Source: Infirmifilum sp. (GTDB taxonomy: Archaea; Thermoproteota; Thermoprotei; Thermofilales; Thermofilaceae). Taken from it: DNA of 33,484 bases. The stretch lies in contig JBEULP010000113.1 in the NCBI GenBank assembly GCA_041287245.1, positions 1 through 33,484 of the forward strand, read 5' to 3'. Positions 8,615-17,986 of the stretch are shown here, piece after piece. Numbering within the stretch: position 1 is the first letter of the stretch; each line of letters opens with the position of its first letter. The notes under the pieces are model-generated. The model ran no database searches and was not told the origin of the DNA. It saw nothing but the letters and a program-made list of their open reading frames with translations. The position numbers and the translations under genes are program-made.

Positions 8615-10174
8615 GTGCTGATCATGGGTTGGAGTGGTGTAAATGAACCGCCAATTTCGAACAAGTTGTATGTAACCAGCCGCCAAATGCGCCTGCTCGA
8701 GAACGTCATTGAAGAGGTAACGGAGGTAGATGAACTCGCGGCGAGGCTTGGCTTAAAGCGAGAGGACATAATGCGGGACATAGAGGAACTTAAGGGCAAG
8801 GGGCTTATAGAGGTGGAGAGAGAGGAGAGGGAAGTCTACGTACTCACGAGAGAGGGCGAGTTATGCTTGAAGGAGGGGCTTCCTGAGGAGAAGCTTCTGA
8901 CGATACTACGACCGGGCGAAGCCATACCTCGCGAAGAACTGGTCAAAAGGGGGGTGGAGAGGGGTCTAAAACACGAGGAGATCCAGATAGGCCTCACCCA
9001 GCTCGCTGCTGCGAAGGCGTTGTCCTTCAGCGAGGGCGTTGTAAGCCTCTCAGACCCCGAGAGGGCACGCGAGCTCGTAGATAAGAATAGGAGATTGTTG
9101 GAGGCGGTCTCGAGAGCTGAGAAGACGGAAGACAAAACCTTAAGCGTGCTGAAGAGGAGAGGGCTTGTTGACCTCAGGAAGAGGGTGAGGCTCAGGCTTA
9201 AACCCACCCCACTTTTAACCGACATGTGGGGTAAGGGGCTAGTCGCCGAGGCCCAAGTCATAACAGAGTTGACCCCGGAGATCATAGCAAGCGGGTCGTG
9301 GCAAACAGCGGTCTTCAAGCCTTTCGACCTTAATGTAGAGCCCCCTACAATCCCGCTGGGGCGTAAGCACCCCTACCTCGAGTTTCTAGACTGGCTCCGG
9401 GAAATACTTGTCGAGATGGGGTTTGAGGAGATGAAAGGGCCCCACGTCGAGCTAGAGCTATGGAACTTCGACGCGCTCTTCCAGGCGCAGGACCACCCTG
9501 CCCGGGAGATACATGACACCTATTTCGTGAAGGGGCAGCTTCTAGGAGAAGTACGGGATACAGAGCTTCTTGAAAGGATTGCAAGGGTGCATGAGAACGG
9601 GGGTGGCACGGGCTCCAAAGGGTGGGGCTATAAATGGGACCCTAAAAGGGCGCTTAGACTGATACTCCGCACGCAGACCACAGCGGTGTCGGCGAGGACA
9701 TTGTACCAAAGAGGGTCTGGGGAGTACATGTGCTTCTCGCTGGATCGGGTCTTCAGGCCGGAGAATCTAGACGCGAAGCATAGCATGGAGTTTTACCAGC
9801 TGGAAGGCATAATCGTCGGGAGAAACGTTACGTTCCGAAACCTTCTAGGATTTTTCAACGAGATGGCAGGGAGGCTAGGCCTAGGCAAGGTTAAGGTTAA
9901 GCCTGCCTACTTCCCGTTCACGGAGCCGAGCGTCGAGGGCTTCATAAAACATGAGAAACTCGGGTGGATAGAGGTTTTCCCCGGCGGAATGTTCAGGCCT
10001 GAAATGCTTGCCTCCCTTGGCGTCCAGGGGGTTAACGTGGCTGCCTGGGGGATAGGAGTGGACAGGATAGCTATGACAGTCTTAGGCATCGACGATATTC
10101 GGCTACTCTTCACACAGGACCTCGAATACATACGTAGGACGCCCAGGCCGATCCCGGTTAGCCTCTTGAGGTGA
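8615..10174 (+). CDS. pheS: Phenylalanine--tRNA ligase alpha subunit (archaeal type); start uncertain
   Basis: N-terminal winged-helix domains; WNFDALFQAQDHPAREIHDTYF, LRTQTT, RVFRPE, HSMEFYQLEG, PAYFPFTEPS, GMFRPE. Confidence 0.96.
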   Translation: MLIMGWSGVNEPPISNKLYVTSRQMRLLENVIEEVTEVDELAARLGLKREDIMRDIEELKGKGLIEVEREEREVYVLTREGELCLKEGLPEEKLLTILRPGEAIPREELVKRGVERGLKHEEIQIGLTQLAAAKALSFSEGVVSLSDPERARELVDKNRRLLEAVSRAEKTEDKTLSVLKRRGLVDLRKRVRLRLKPTPLLTDMWGKGLVAEAQVITELTPEIIASGSWQTAVFKPFDLNVEPPTIPLGRKHPYLEFLDWLREILVEMGFEEMKGPHVELELWNFDALFQAQDHPAREIHDTYFVKGQLLGEVRDTELLERIARVHENGGGTGSKGWGYKWDPKRALRLILRTQTTAVSARTLYQRGSGEYMCFSLDRVFRPENLDAKHSMEFYQLEGIIVGRNVTFRNLLGFFNEMAGRLGLGKVKVKPAYFPFTEPSVEGFIKHEKLGWIEVFPGGMFRPEMLASLGVQGVNVAAWGIGVDRIAMTVLGIDDIRLLFTQDLEYIRRTPRPIPVSLLR

Positions 10175-10179
10175 GAGAA

Positions 10180-11859
10180 ATGCCTGTGATCGAGGTTAAG
10201 CTGTGGGATCTCGAGCGCCTCACCGGCCGGAGCCTGGATAGGTCGGAGATAGAGGATGTTTTACCACGCCTCAAATGCGAGGTGGAGGAGGTAAACTGGG
10301 ACAGCGTTATCTATGAGGCGACACATGACAGGCCAGACCTCTACTCAGCGGAGCTCCTCTCGGTTTACATTAAAGGTCTTCTAGGCTTAGAGAAGGGGTC
10401 CCCCAGGTTCAAGGTGGGGGGCGAGCCCCTCGACGCTTATATAGAGGGGCCCAGCTATCGCCCCTACGCCTTCTTCGCTGTCGTGAAAGGCTTACGCCTC
10501 GACGACGAGGCTATCCGCCAACTGATGCAGCTACAGGAGAAAATACACCTCACATTCGGCAGGGATAGGAAAAAGGTTTCAATAGGGCTATACGAGCTAC
10601 GAGGGATCAAGTTTCCAATCCGTTACACCGCCGTAAAGCCCGAAGCTGTACGCATGAGGCCTCTAGGCTTTACGATTGAGATGACCCTCCGGGAAGTACT
10701 GAAGAACCACCCTAAGGGCATTGCTTACAGACATTTGCTTGAGGGGCTGGGAGAGTACCCCCTGATAGTTGACTCGGAGAACAAGGTTGTAAGTTTCCCC
10801 CCGATAACGAATAGCGAAGACTTCAGGCTTACCGAGGAGACAACCGAAGTTCTCATAGACGTCACAAGCACTGAGCCGGAGGCTGGTAGAAGAATAATAA
10901 CACTGATGGCTGCTGCTGCAGCTACCCGCGGGGGTACGGTTTACCTCGTCAACAACCACTACAGAAACGCTGTAGAGAGGACACCTATAGTTGAAACAGA
11001 AAGCATAGTTTATGATCTGGTGTTGAACAAAAAGCTCCTCGGACTAGAGTTGGGTAAAGAGGAGACAAGCGAACTCCTCTCTAGGATGCGCATGGACATC
11101 ACCGAGTTAAACTCCACCTTGCTCCGCGTCTCCTACCCGTACTTCCGCGTGGACATTCTCCATCCTGTCGACATAGCTGAAGAGATAGCGATGGCATACG
11201 GGTACGACCGTATAGAGCCGGGCTATTTCCCTCCCCTGCATCCGGGGCGTGAAGACGGCTTAGAGGTTTTTACTAGGGCGATACGGGAGGCCATGATTGG
11301 GATGGGCTTCCTAGAAGTCAACAACTACATTATGACGAACAAGGATTTAATGTTCGGGAGGATGAACCTCCCCTCAGGAAGCCTGATAGAGGTCGAGAAT
11401 CCGAAGCACGAGATGTACCACGCCCTTAGAACGTGGATTATACCACAGCTTCTAGCCACACTAGAGGCCAGCAAGCACGCCGGGTACCCACAGCGGATTT
11501 TCGAGGCAGGCGATGTTGTAATACCCGATTTGACGCATGAAAACAGGGCTAGGGATGAGAGACACCTCGCCTATGCGATAGCCGGTAAAGGAGTCACGCT
11601 CACCGACGGGCTGGCCGTCCTTAAAGCCCTGACATCCTTATTCGGCTTGGAAGCCATGGTTCAATCTCTGGAGCACCCCAGCTTTATCCCTGGGAGGGCT
11701 GCAAAGCTCCTCACAAAGTGTGGAGAGCTCGGAATTCTCGGCGAAGTGCACCCAAGGATCCTGGTAAACTTTAACCTCACAGTACCGGTCGTAGCTGGCG
11801 AGATCAACGTCGAAAACCTGAAGAGGTGTTACGAGGATTGCCGAAGGGGCTCCTTGTAG
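10180..11859 (+). CDS. pheT: Phenylalanine--tRNA ligase beta subunit (archaeal type)
   Basis: MPVIEV start after a GAGGTGA SD; DRPDL, LQEKIH, SFPPITNS, RVDILHPVDIAEE, LRTW, HPSFIPGR, GEVHP. Confidence 0.96.
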   Translation: MPVIEVKLWDLERLTGRSLDRSEIEDVLPRLKCEVEEVNWDSVIYEATHDRPDLYSAELLSVYIKGLLGLEKGSPRFKVGGEPLDAYIEGPSYRPYAFFAVVKGLRLDDEAIRQLMQLQEKIHLTFGRDRKKVSIGLYELRGIKFPIRYTAVKPEAVRMRPLGFTIEMTLREVLKNHPKGIAYRHLLEGLGEYPLIVDSENKVVSFPPITNSEDFRLTEETTEVLIDVTSTEPEAGRRIITLMAAAAATRGGTVYLVNNHYRNAVERTPIVETESIVYDLVLNKKLLGLELGKEETSELLSRMRMDITELNSTLLRVSYPYFRVDILHPVDIAEEIAMAYGYDRIEPGYFPPLHPGREDGLEVFTRAIREAMIGMGFLEVNNYIMTNKDLMFGRMNLPSGSLIEVENPKHEMYHALRTWIIPQLLATLEASKHAGYPQRIFEAGDVVIPDLTHENRARDERHLAYAIAGKGVTLTDGLAVLKALTSLFGLEAMVQSLEHPSFIPGRAAKLLTKCGELGILGEVHPRILVNFNLTVPVVAGEINVENLKRCYEDCRRGSL

Positions 11860-12572
11860 ACCTCTGGGGCACTCTTTTCTGGCCATCCCTACCGCTAGAG
11901 GATTATTATAGGCTGAGATCCCAAAAGATATTGGCTGTTCTAAAAAACTCCGGTTTCGCCTTCAACCTGGAAACCGTATACCATGCTTATATCGAGGCAC
12001 GCCGTCTCGCAGACAAGGTTAGGAACACCAGCCACCATGAGATAGACGTTATAGGAGAAATGGTTATTCTCCTGGATAAGCTTGGAGTAGAACCTAGGGA
12101 AGACCTCCTCAGCACCCTCGTTGAAGCAACCATGTACCCGTATACAAACAACCTTTCTCTTACACCGGGGGCCCGAGAAGTTTTAGAATTAGCTGGTAGA
12201 CTCGGATACAAGGTTATACTGGCCTCTAACACGATGAGCGGCGAATACACTGTCCAACTTCTCAGAAAAGCCGGCATCCTCCACCTTTTCGACTTCCTAG
12301 CCTTTTCGGACGAAATAGGTTTTAGGAAGCCTCACCCGCGTTTCTTCTCACGCATAATTTCCCACACAGGAATTACCCCAATCGACAGCGTGTTCGTAGG
12401 CGACGAGGAGGGTGACATCGAGGGTGCTAAGAAGTTCGGGATGAAAACTATAGCCTTTACAGGCTTCCAGGAATATAAGGGCAGAACCCCTCCGGACTAC
12501 CTCGCCGGGAGCATGGAGGAAGTTAGAAACATACTGGAGTCTCTTACCCTAAGATCTAGAGGAAAAGATTGA
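11838..12572 (+). CDS. HAD-superfamily hydrolase
   Basis: Motif I DLWGTL, motif II ASN, motif III RKPHP, motif IV FVGDEEGDIEGA. TTG start overlaps the end of pheT; the ORF is open from 11826. Confidence 0.88.
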   Translation: MPKGLLVDLWGTLFWPSLPLEDYYRLRSQKILAVLKNSGFAFNLETVYHAYIEARRLADKVRNTSHHEIDVIGEMVILLDKLGVEPREDLLSTLVEATMYPYTNNLSLTPGAREVLELAGRLGYKVILASNTMSGEYTVQLLRKAGILHLFDFLAFSDEIGFRKPHPRFFSRIISHTGITPIDSVFVGDEEGDIEGAKKFGMKTIAFTGFQEYKGRTPPDYLAGSMEEVRNILESLTLRSRGKD

Positions 12573-12662
12573 ACTAAATTGCTTATAAAGAAGGCGACTT
12601 CCACTTTTAGCAGTGAACGCGACATGAAGAAAAATGAAACCTTTAGGTTTAATTATAAAGCC

Positions 12663-12977
12663 ATGAAGGTAGGGAAGATAAGGGGTGTAAGAGAAGTCAT
12701 CATCTTCGACGACGAGGGCATGCCTCTCTCTCCTCGACAGGATTTAAAGTTACCAGCTCTCGGAGCAGTTATAATAAGCTCGGCTGGCAAGCTCGCAGAG
12801 CTCCTGGGAAAAGGCTTAACGCACGTGGAGATACACACCGACAACGATACGGCCATAGTCCTTGCCCCGCTATCCGGCAAGGTCTACGCAGCTGTAGTCA
12901 CCGATAAGAAGAGCCTGGCAAAAGTAGTAGAGTCTCTAGTGGAAGGCGGAAAACCTGAGGCCGTGGCTAATCTCTAA
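12663..12977 (+). CDS. Roadblock/LC7 domain protein (ORF open from 12579)
   Basis: IRGVREVIIFDDEGMPLS, then helix LPALGAVIISSAGKLAELLG, then strands HVEIHT/IVLAPL/YAAVV: a Roadblock fold pattern. Confidence 0.7.
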   Translation: MKVGKIRGVREVIIFDDEGMPLSPRQDLKLPALGAVIISSAGKLAELLGKGLTHVEIHTDNDTAIVLAPLSGKVYAAVVTDKKSLAKVVESLVEGGKPEAVANL

Positions 12978-13064
12978 ATATTTTTCTAACCCTTTAGCGT
13001 TATACATAATTGTTAAATAGCTACCTTTTTATCGCTCTTCCTCTTACGAGACAGGCTGAGCTAT

Positions 13065-14603
13065 ATGCCTGGGGAAGTCATAGTTAGTGTAACACCTGAG
13101 ATCGCCTTAGACGAGGGCAACACATACACCGGCGGTCTAGGCGTGCTGGAGGGCGACAAGTTCTATACAGCTTCTAGGCTGGGCCTTAACTATCATGTGC
13201 TCTCACTGCTCTACAAGGGGGGCTACGTCGACTACGAGCTTGACGCCCAGGGCGCTCCAAGGCCAGTTCCCCAGAACCAGTCAAAGAGCTTTTTTGATAA
13301 ACTTAAACGGTGTTGCGAGCTCGAAATAACACTCAAAGGTGAAAAGGTAAACGTTCAGGGGTGGAGCTACGAGAAGGGTAACGCCCGGGTCGTTTTCTTC
13401 GAACCTATTTCACCGGAGTGGGCTAAGAGCCTTGTCGATAGAGTTTACATTGAGAAAGACCCATGGGAAAAGTTTCTCAAATACGTTCTCCTAGCCCGGG
13501 CTTCAGCCGTTTATATTAAAGATATCCTGGGAATAGAAACCGTAAAGTACATCGACCTCCAGGAGGCGTACACAGCGTTCCTACCCCTCGTTCTAGACGC
13601 GCCTGGGCGGTACAGACTGATCATTCACACCCCTGGTTCATGGGGCCACCCCTCGTTCCCGAGAGAGTACTTCGAGGCTGAGTTCGGCTACAAGATGATC
13701 GAAAGCAAGGTTGTCTTAACCACCCTCGGCGCTATAATGTCCCGCGAGCTAATAATGGTCTCAGCCAAGCACTTCAACGTCATGCGGCGCGTCATACCTC
13801 ACCTGATAAACAAAGGAAGATTTGTAACGAACGGCATAGACCTTGACAGATGGATGCACCCCAAGATCCGGGAACAACTCCAAAACGGCGCGTTAGACAT
13901 TAAAGGTCTGGCTAGCGCGAAGCAGGTGGCCCGTCAGGAGCTGCTAAACCTGGTGGGCTCGCGCAAGAAAGTAGATATCTCTAACGGCAAGCCCATCGTC
14001 GTATGGACAAGGCGGATTACAATGTATAAGAGGCCGTACTTCGCAGAGAAGCTTGTCGAAGAAGCGGACAGAGACGTTCTCTTCATACTAGGTGGTAAGG
14101 CCCACCCCGAGGACAAGGAGGGTCTTGAGTACATGCGGAGATTTAAGGAGCTTGAAAAGAAAAAGCCAAACGTAGTCTACTTCCACGACTACAATGTTTC
14201 GATAGCTAGGACAATAATCAGCGGCGGAGACATACTCCTCTTCACACCCTTCTCAGGCTACGAGGCAAGCGGCACAAGCTTCATGAAAGCCGGGGTGAAT
14301 GCTACCATACCGCTAGCCTCACGTGACGGAGCGGCGGTAGAGCTGATAAACGACGGTGTAAACGGCTGGCTCTTCGGGGAGGACATCAGGGACCTCGTAG
14401 ACTTCGGCCGGGACCCGCGGGTAAAAGAGATAGACTCTCGAGAATACGAAGAGCTTAAATCAAAGTTCTACAAAGCCCTTGATCTCTACAACTCAAGCCC
14501 AGAAGAGTTCATGAAAATAGGCTTAAACGCCATCCTCACCTTCACGCCCCAGGTGGACATGAAGCGAGTGCTTATGGAGTACTACCCCGACCTCGTAAGG
14601 TAA
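13065..14603 (+). CDS. glgP: Glycogen/maltodextrin phosphorylase (GT35), compact crenarchaeal type
   Basis: YTGGLGVLEGD, IHTP, VTNGI, RRITMYKR, GGKAHPED, EASGTSFMKA (PLP Lys), SRDG. Confidence 0.92.
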   Translation: MPGEVIVSVTPEIALDEGNTYTGGLGVLEGDKFYTASRLGLNYHVLSLLYKGGYVDYELDAQGAPRPVPQNQSKSFFDKLKRCCELEITLKGEKVNVQGWSYEKGNARVVFFEPISPEWAKSLVDRVYIEKDPWEKFLKYVLLARASAVYIKDILGIETVKYIDLQEAYTAFLPLVLDAPGRYRLIIHTPGSWGHPSFPREYFEAEFGYKMIESKVVLTTLGAIMSRELIMVSAKHFNVMRRVIPHLINKGRFVTNGIDLDRWMHPKIREQLQNGALDIKGLASAKQVARQELLNLVGSRKKVDISNGKPIVVWTRRITMYKRPYFAEKLVEEADRDVLFILGGKAHPEDKEGLEYMRRFKELEKKKPNVVYFHDYNVSIARTIISGGDILLFTPFSGYEASGTSFMKAGVNATIPLASRDGAAVELINDGVNGWLFGEDIRDLVDFGRDPRVKEIDSREYEELKSKFYKALDLYNSSPEEFMKIGLNAILTFTPQVDMKRVLMEYYPDLVR

Positions 14604-14634
14604 GCCACAACCGTTCCTGTTAGGCAAAAGCTTT

Positions 14635-15801
14635 TTGAGCCATGAATCCGTGTTACCCATGATGTCTAAGAGTGAGCTTTCATTCTCCCTGTGGCTGCCT
14701 ACAAAGATAATATTCCGGCGCGGCTCCCTGGATAGCGTAGGCGAAGTAGCGTCTAAGCACGGGGCAAGCGCCCTGGTATTAACCGGGAGGACATTTGCCA
14801 GGAAATACGGCTACACCGAGAGGATAAGATTAGCTCTTGAGAAGGCTGGTTTAAAGGTGAGCTTCTTCCAAGACATCGAGCCAAACCCGACCCTCTCTAC
14901 GGTTTCAAGAGCCCTTGAAGCCGCCAGGAAGGCCGACTGCGACATATTCATAGCCTTCGGCGGGGGTAGCGTGATAGACACGGCTAAAGCTGTTAACGTT
15001 GTCTACACGCTCGGGGGGACTGTTTCCGACTACCTCTACCCCAAAACAGTTGACCAGAGGCTTAAACCCCTCGTGGCGATACCAACTACGCACGGCACTG
15101 GCAGCGAGGTAACTAAGTACTCCGTCCTTGTAGACGAGGAACACAGGTTAAAGACTACGGTTTCCGGCGAGGGCGTATACCCCGACTATGCTATTCTCGA
15201 CCCGGAGGTTCTAAGGTACCTCCCGCGTGATCAGTCTGCTAGCACGGGGCTTGACGCGTTAAGCCACGCGATCGAAGCGTACTTTAGCAGGAGGAGCAAC
15301 CCTTACGCTGAAATGCTCGCATTAGAGGCTTCCAGCCTAATATTCAAGTATCTTCCATGCGCGGTCTCAGGCATCCTCGACTGTCGAGAGAAGGTCTTTT
15401 ACGCCAGCTTACTCGCTGGGATAGCCATAAACTACGGCGGGACGAACATTGGACATGGCCTAGGCTATGCCCTGACAGTCGAGCTCGGAGTCCCCCACGG
15501 GCTGGCTAACCTCATGATCCTCCCGGGAGCCTCAAGGTTCTATGAGGGGCTTCTCCCGGAGAAAGCTGAGGCGTTCTTCGAAAAGACAGGTATTCCGAGG
15601 GCTCCCGGTGGACTGGGAGAGAACCTACAATCCCTGAAGGCAAGCGTTGGGGCTCCGCTCCGACTTAGGGAGATAGGGGTTTCCAGGGAGATGCTGCCCC
15701 ACTTCATAGCGGAGGGGCTGAGATACCAGCGAAACCTTTCAAACGCGCCCTTCGACGTCGACGAGGAGATGGTTAAGGAGATACTGGAGCTGGTGTTCTA
15801 G
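14635..15801 (+). CDS. Iron-containing alcohol dehydrogenase; start probably at one of the ATG codons near 14660
   Basis: IEPNPT, GGGSVIDTAK, IPTTHGTGSEVT, LDP, GLDALSHAIE, GHGLGY, PHGLAN. Confidence 0.92.
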   Translation: MSHESVLPMMSKSELSFSLWLPTKIIFRRGSLDSVGEVASKHGASALVLTGRTFARKYGYTERIRLALEKAGLKVSFFQDIEPNPTLSTVSRALEAARKADCDIFIAFGGGSVIDTAKAVNVVYTLGGTVSDYLYPKTVDQRLKPLVAIPTTHGTGSEVTKYSVLVDEEHRLKTTVSGEGVYPDYAILDPEVLRYLPRDQSASTGLDALSHAIEAYFSRRSNPYAEMLALEASSLIFKYLPCAVSGILDCREKVFYASLLAGIAINYGGTNIGHGLGYALTVELGVPHGLANLMILPGASRFYEGLLPEKAEAFFEKTGIPRAPGGLGENLQSLKASVGAPLRLREIGVSREMLPHFIAEGLRYQRNLSNAPFDVDEEMVKEILELVF

Positions 15802-16343
15802 CCGCTTATAAGCGACGCTACTTTTCTAGCCAGCTCAACGGGTATTCTCTCGCGGTTAGCCAGGGTGAGCTCTAAGATCTCCACGTCCTTCCTCGAAATG
15901 ATCTTTCTGCCGAAGTCCATAGAGCCTATCCTCGCATGGACTGAGGCAACGACAGGCTTCTGCGAGTCCAACGCCCTAAGGACCACGCCTTGGAAGCTTG
16001 TGCTGAAGAGCTCCATCGGGCCTATCTCGTCGATGATAACTACCTTTGCATTTTTTAGAGCGGAGTCTATAGCATTAACGCCCACCGCCTCTAGGTCTCT
16101 AAGGTTTACCCTGTACTTCCCAACCGAAGGCCCCGTCTCCAGGGCCAGGTCGGCTAGAATGCCTTTCCTGCCGCTCATCAAGTCTAAAATCTGAAACCCC
16201 CGTCTAGACCCTCCCTCTCTAACCTCGAGGGTCAACATTCCACCGACTAGGACGTTTCTACTGGTTAGTATCTCGGCCATCCTTCTGAGACACGTCGTCT
16301 TACCGATCCCAGGTCTCCCCGTGACTAGAAAGTTCTTTATCAG
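15798..16343 (-). CDS. Nucleoside triphosphatase (NTPase_1/THEP1 family); probable CTG start
   Basis: Extending the listed ORF upstream gives LIKNFLVTGRPGIGKTT (Walker A). Also present: EVREGGSRRGF, VGKYRV, IIDEIGPME (Walker B). Confidence 0.9.
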   Translation of the reverse strand: MIKNFLVTGRPGIGKTTCLRRMAEILTSRNVLVGGMLTLEVREGGSRRGFQILDLMSGRKGILADLALETGPSVGKYRVNLRDLEAVGVNAIDSALKNAKVVIIDEIGPMELFSTSFQGVVLRALDSQKPVVASVHARIGSMDFGRKIISRKDVEILELTLANRERIPVELARKVASLISG

Positions 16344-17137
16344 GAACGCTCACCTGATAGCCTCTCACTAATATAGCGTACAAGCTCGGACAGTTTTTCA
16401 GACTTGTACTCGAAGAGCGCGCCGAGGGATATTGGAGTGATAGCTATTTTCCCATCGTCTAGAACCGCCTGCACGTCTGTACCCTCCTCGACGTCAACAG
16501 GCTGCCCGTAAAGCCAATAGTAGGGTCTCCCCTGGGGGTCTTTTCTCTTAACAACAGCCGTGGAGAACCTTCTACGGGCAGGTCGAACGACAGCCACCTC
16601 ATCTGTTATAACAGGGGGGAAGTTCACGTTAAACGCGTCCACCTCCGAGGGGAAGCCATTCTTCAAAATGCCCTCAACAATAATTCTAGAGGCCCTAAGA
16701 ATAAACCCCCTGTACTCAGGTTCCTCCAGCTCCTCGGGAGAATCCACGGAGGCGCTAAATGCAACCCCCGGTATCCCCTCAATCGACGCCTGCAACACTG
16801 CCCCGAGAGTCCCGCTTGAAAGAATAACCTGTATACTCAGATTGTCTCCTATGTTCACGCCTGACACGACAAGGTCGGGTCTACCTGTGACAACGTTCAT
16901 CGCAATGTAGATGACGTCGCTGGGCGTCCCGCTGACGAGATAGATAGGCTCGTCGTTCACCTTTAGCTTGTTAACCCTGACAGGCTTATGCAGCGTCAAG
17001 CCTAACCCCGTCGCCGACTTCGGGGTTTCAGGTACAACTGTATAGATGTTTCCGAGGCCGTTGACGGCCTCTCGAAGGATCGACAGTCCAGGGGAGAACG
17101 GGCCATCATCGTTAGTCACAAGGATTTTTGGGCTCAT
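16340..17137 (-). CDS. surE: 5'/3'-nucleotidase SurE
   Basis: ILVTNDDG, SGTPSD, DLVVSGVNIGDN, SSGTLGA, NVNFP, DPQGRPYYW. Confidence 0.95.
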   Translation of the reverse strand: MSPKILVTNDDGPFSPGLSILREAVNGLGNIYTVVPETPKSATGLGLTLHKPVRVNKLKVNDEPIYLVSGTPSDVIYIAMNVVTGRPDLVVSGVNIGDNLSIQVILSSGTLGAVLQASIEGIPGVAFSASVDSPEELEEPEYRGFILRASRIIVEGILKNGFPSEVDAFNVNFPPVITDEVAVVRPARRRFSTAVVKRKDPQGRPYYWLYGQPVDVEEGTDVQAVLDDGKIAITPISLGALFEYKSEKLSELVRYISERLSGERS

Positions 17138-17205
17138 ATCCTATACAACATTCACTGAGCGATGACCTATTTTTCCTTTATGTTTACAACTGAAAGCCTC
17201 GCCCT

Positions 17206-17973
17206 TTAGGGAGGGGAGGAGGTCAGAGAAGGATTTCTCCCCTTATTATTTTTCCTAAGTTCTCGGAGCAGCGGAATCTCCTCGATTTGTTTCTCTGGTA
17301 GAAGCTCCCAGATAATACCCCGGGGCCGCGGGTACTTTCTCACAGTAACGATAGCCTTGCTCGGCGTGTAGATCCGGTCTAAGGGCACGTCATGCCTCTC
17401 CATGGGAATAGACTCCACGATCTGCACGTCGTGAACAGTGGTGACGACAGGCGTGTCTTCTCCTATCACTCTCATTTCTCTCAGGATAGCGTATTCAAGG
17501 TCGCTGAACCCGCCTCCCTTGCCAACCCGCCCCCCATCCAGGCTTACAGCTACGCTACCCGAGACCTTAAGGTCTATTTGTGGGACATTGGAGTGTAAGA
17601 CTCTGCCATAGGTGAACGCCCCCTTAATAGTAGAAGCATAGCTCAAAGCATTGCCCGGTATTCTACTCGAATCGAGCAATAGGAAGCCGCTGCGTAGCCG
17701 GGGAGAAGCCATTATTAAAACCTTACCGGCCCGCAGGGCCGCCTCGCGCACGTGGCGTTGCGGCGAGTCAGGATTGCAGAAAATAACTTTGGCCTCCTGG
17801 AATATATCGTCCTCGGCAAGCCGCCTAGCCGCAAGCTCCGCGCCCCTAAAGTTAGGTATGCGCCCCTCAACGGGGAAGGGGGGTAGCGCCACCCCCTCGG
17901 AAACCATTCGAGACCAAACTTTCCTTCTCAGCTCCTCTTTAACCTTCTTTGCCTCGGTTGGAAACACATTCAC
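17206..17973 (-). CDS. 5-formyltetrahydrofolate cyclo-ligase family protein (archaeal/MTHFSD-like subfamily)
   Basis: KEELRRKVW, GRIPNFRGA, NPDSPQ, PRLR, GSVAV, RVGKGGGFSDLEY, HDVQ, HDVPLD. Confidence 0.88.
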   Translation of the reverse strand: MNVFPTEAKKVKEELRRKVWSRMVSEGVALPPFPVEGRIPNFRGAELAARRLAEDDIFQEAKVIFCNPDSPQRHVREAALRAGKVLIMASPRLRSGFLLLDSSRIPGNALSYASTIKGAFTYGRVLHSNVPQIDLKVSGSVAVSLDGGRVGKGGGFSDLEYAILREMRVIGEDTPVVTTVHDVQIVESIPMERHDVPLDRIYTPSKAIVTVRKYPRPRGIIWELLPEKQIEEIPLLRELRKNNKGRNPSLTSSPP

Positions 17974-17986
17974 CGGAGGCTCCCCT

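Noticed and set aside
13065..14603. Phosphorylase is much shorter than bacterial GlgP and might be truncated
   Set aside because: All key motifs are present, and compact forms are normal in crenarchaea.
17159..17193. C/D box-like pair GCGATGA...CTGA
   Set aside because: The C box is imperfect and the spacer is only about 24 nt and AT-rich, with no D'/C' boxes. It is more likely the surE promoter region.
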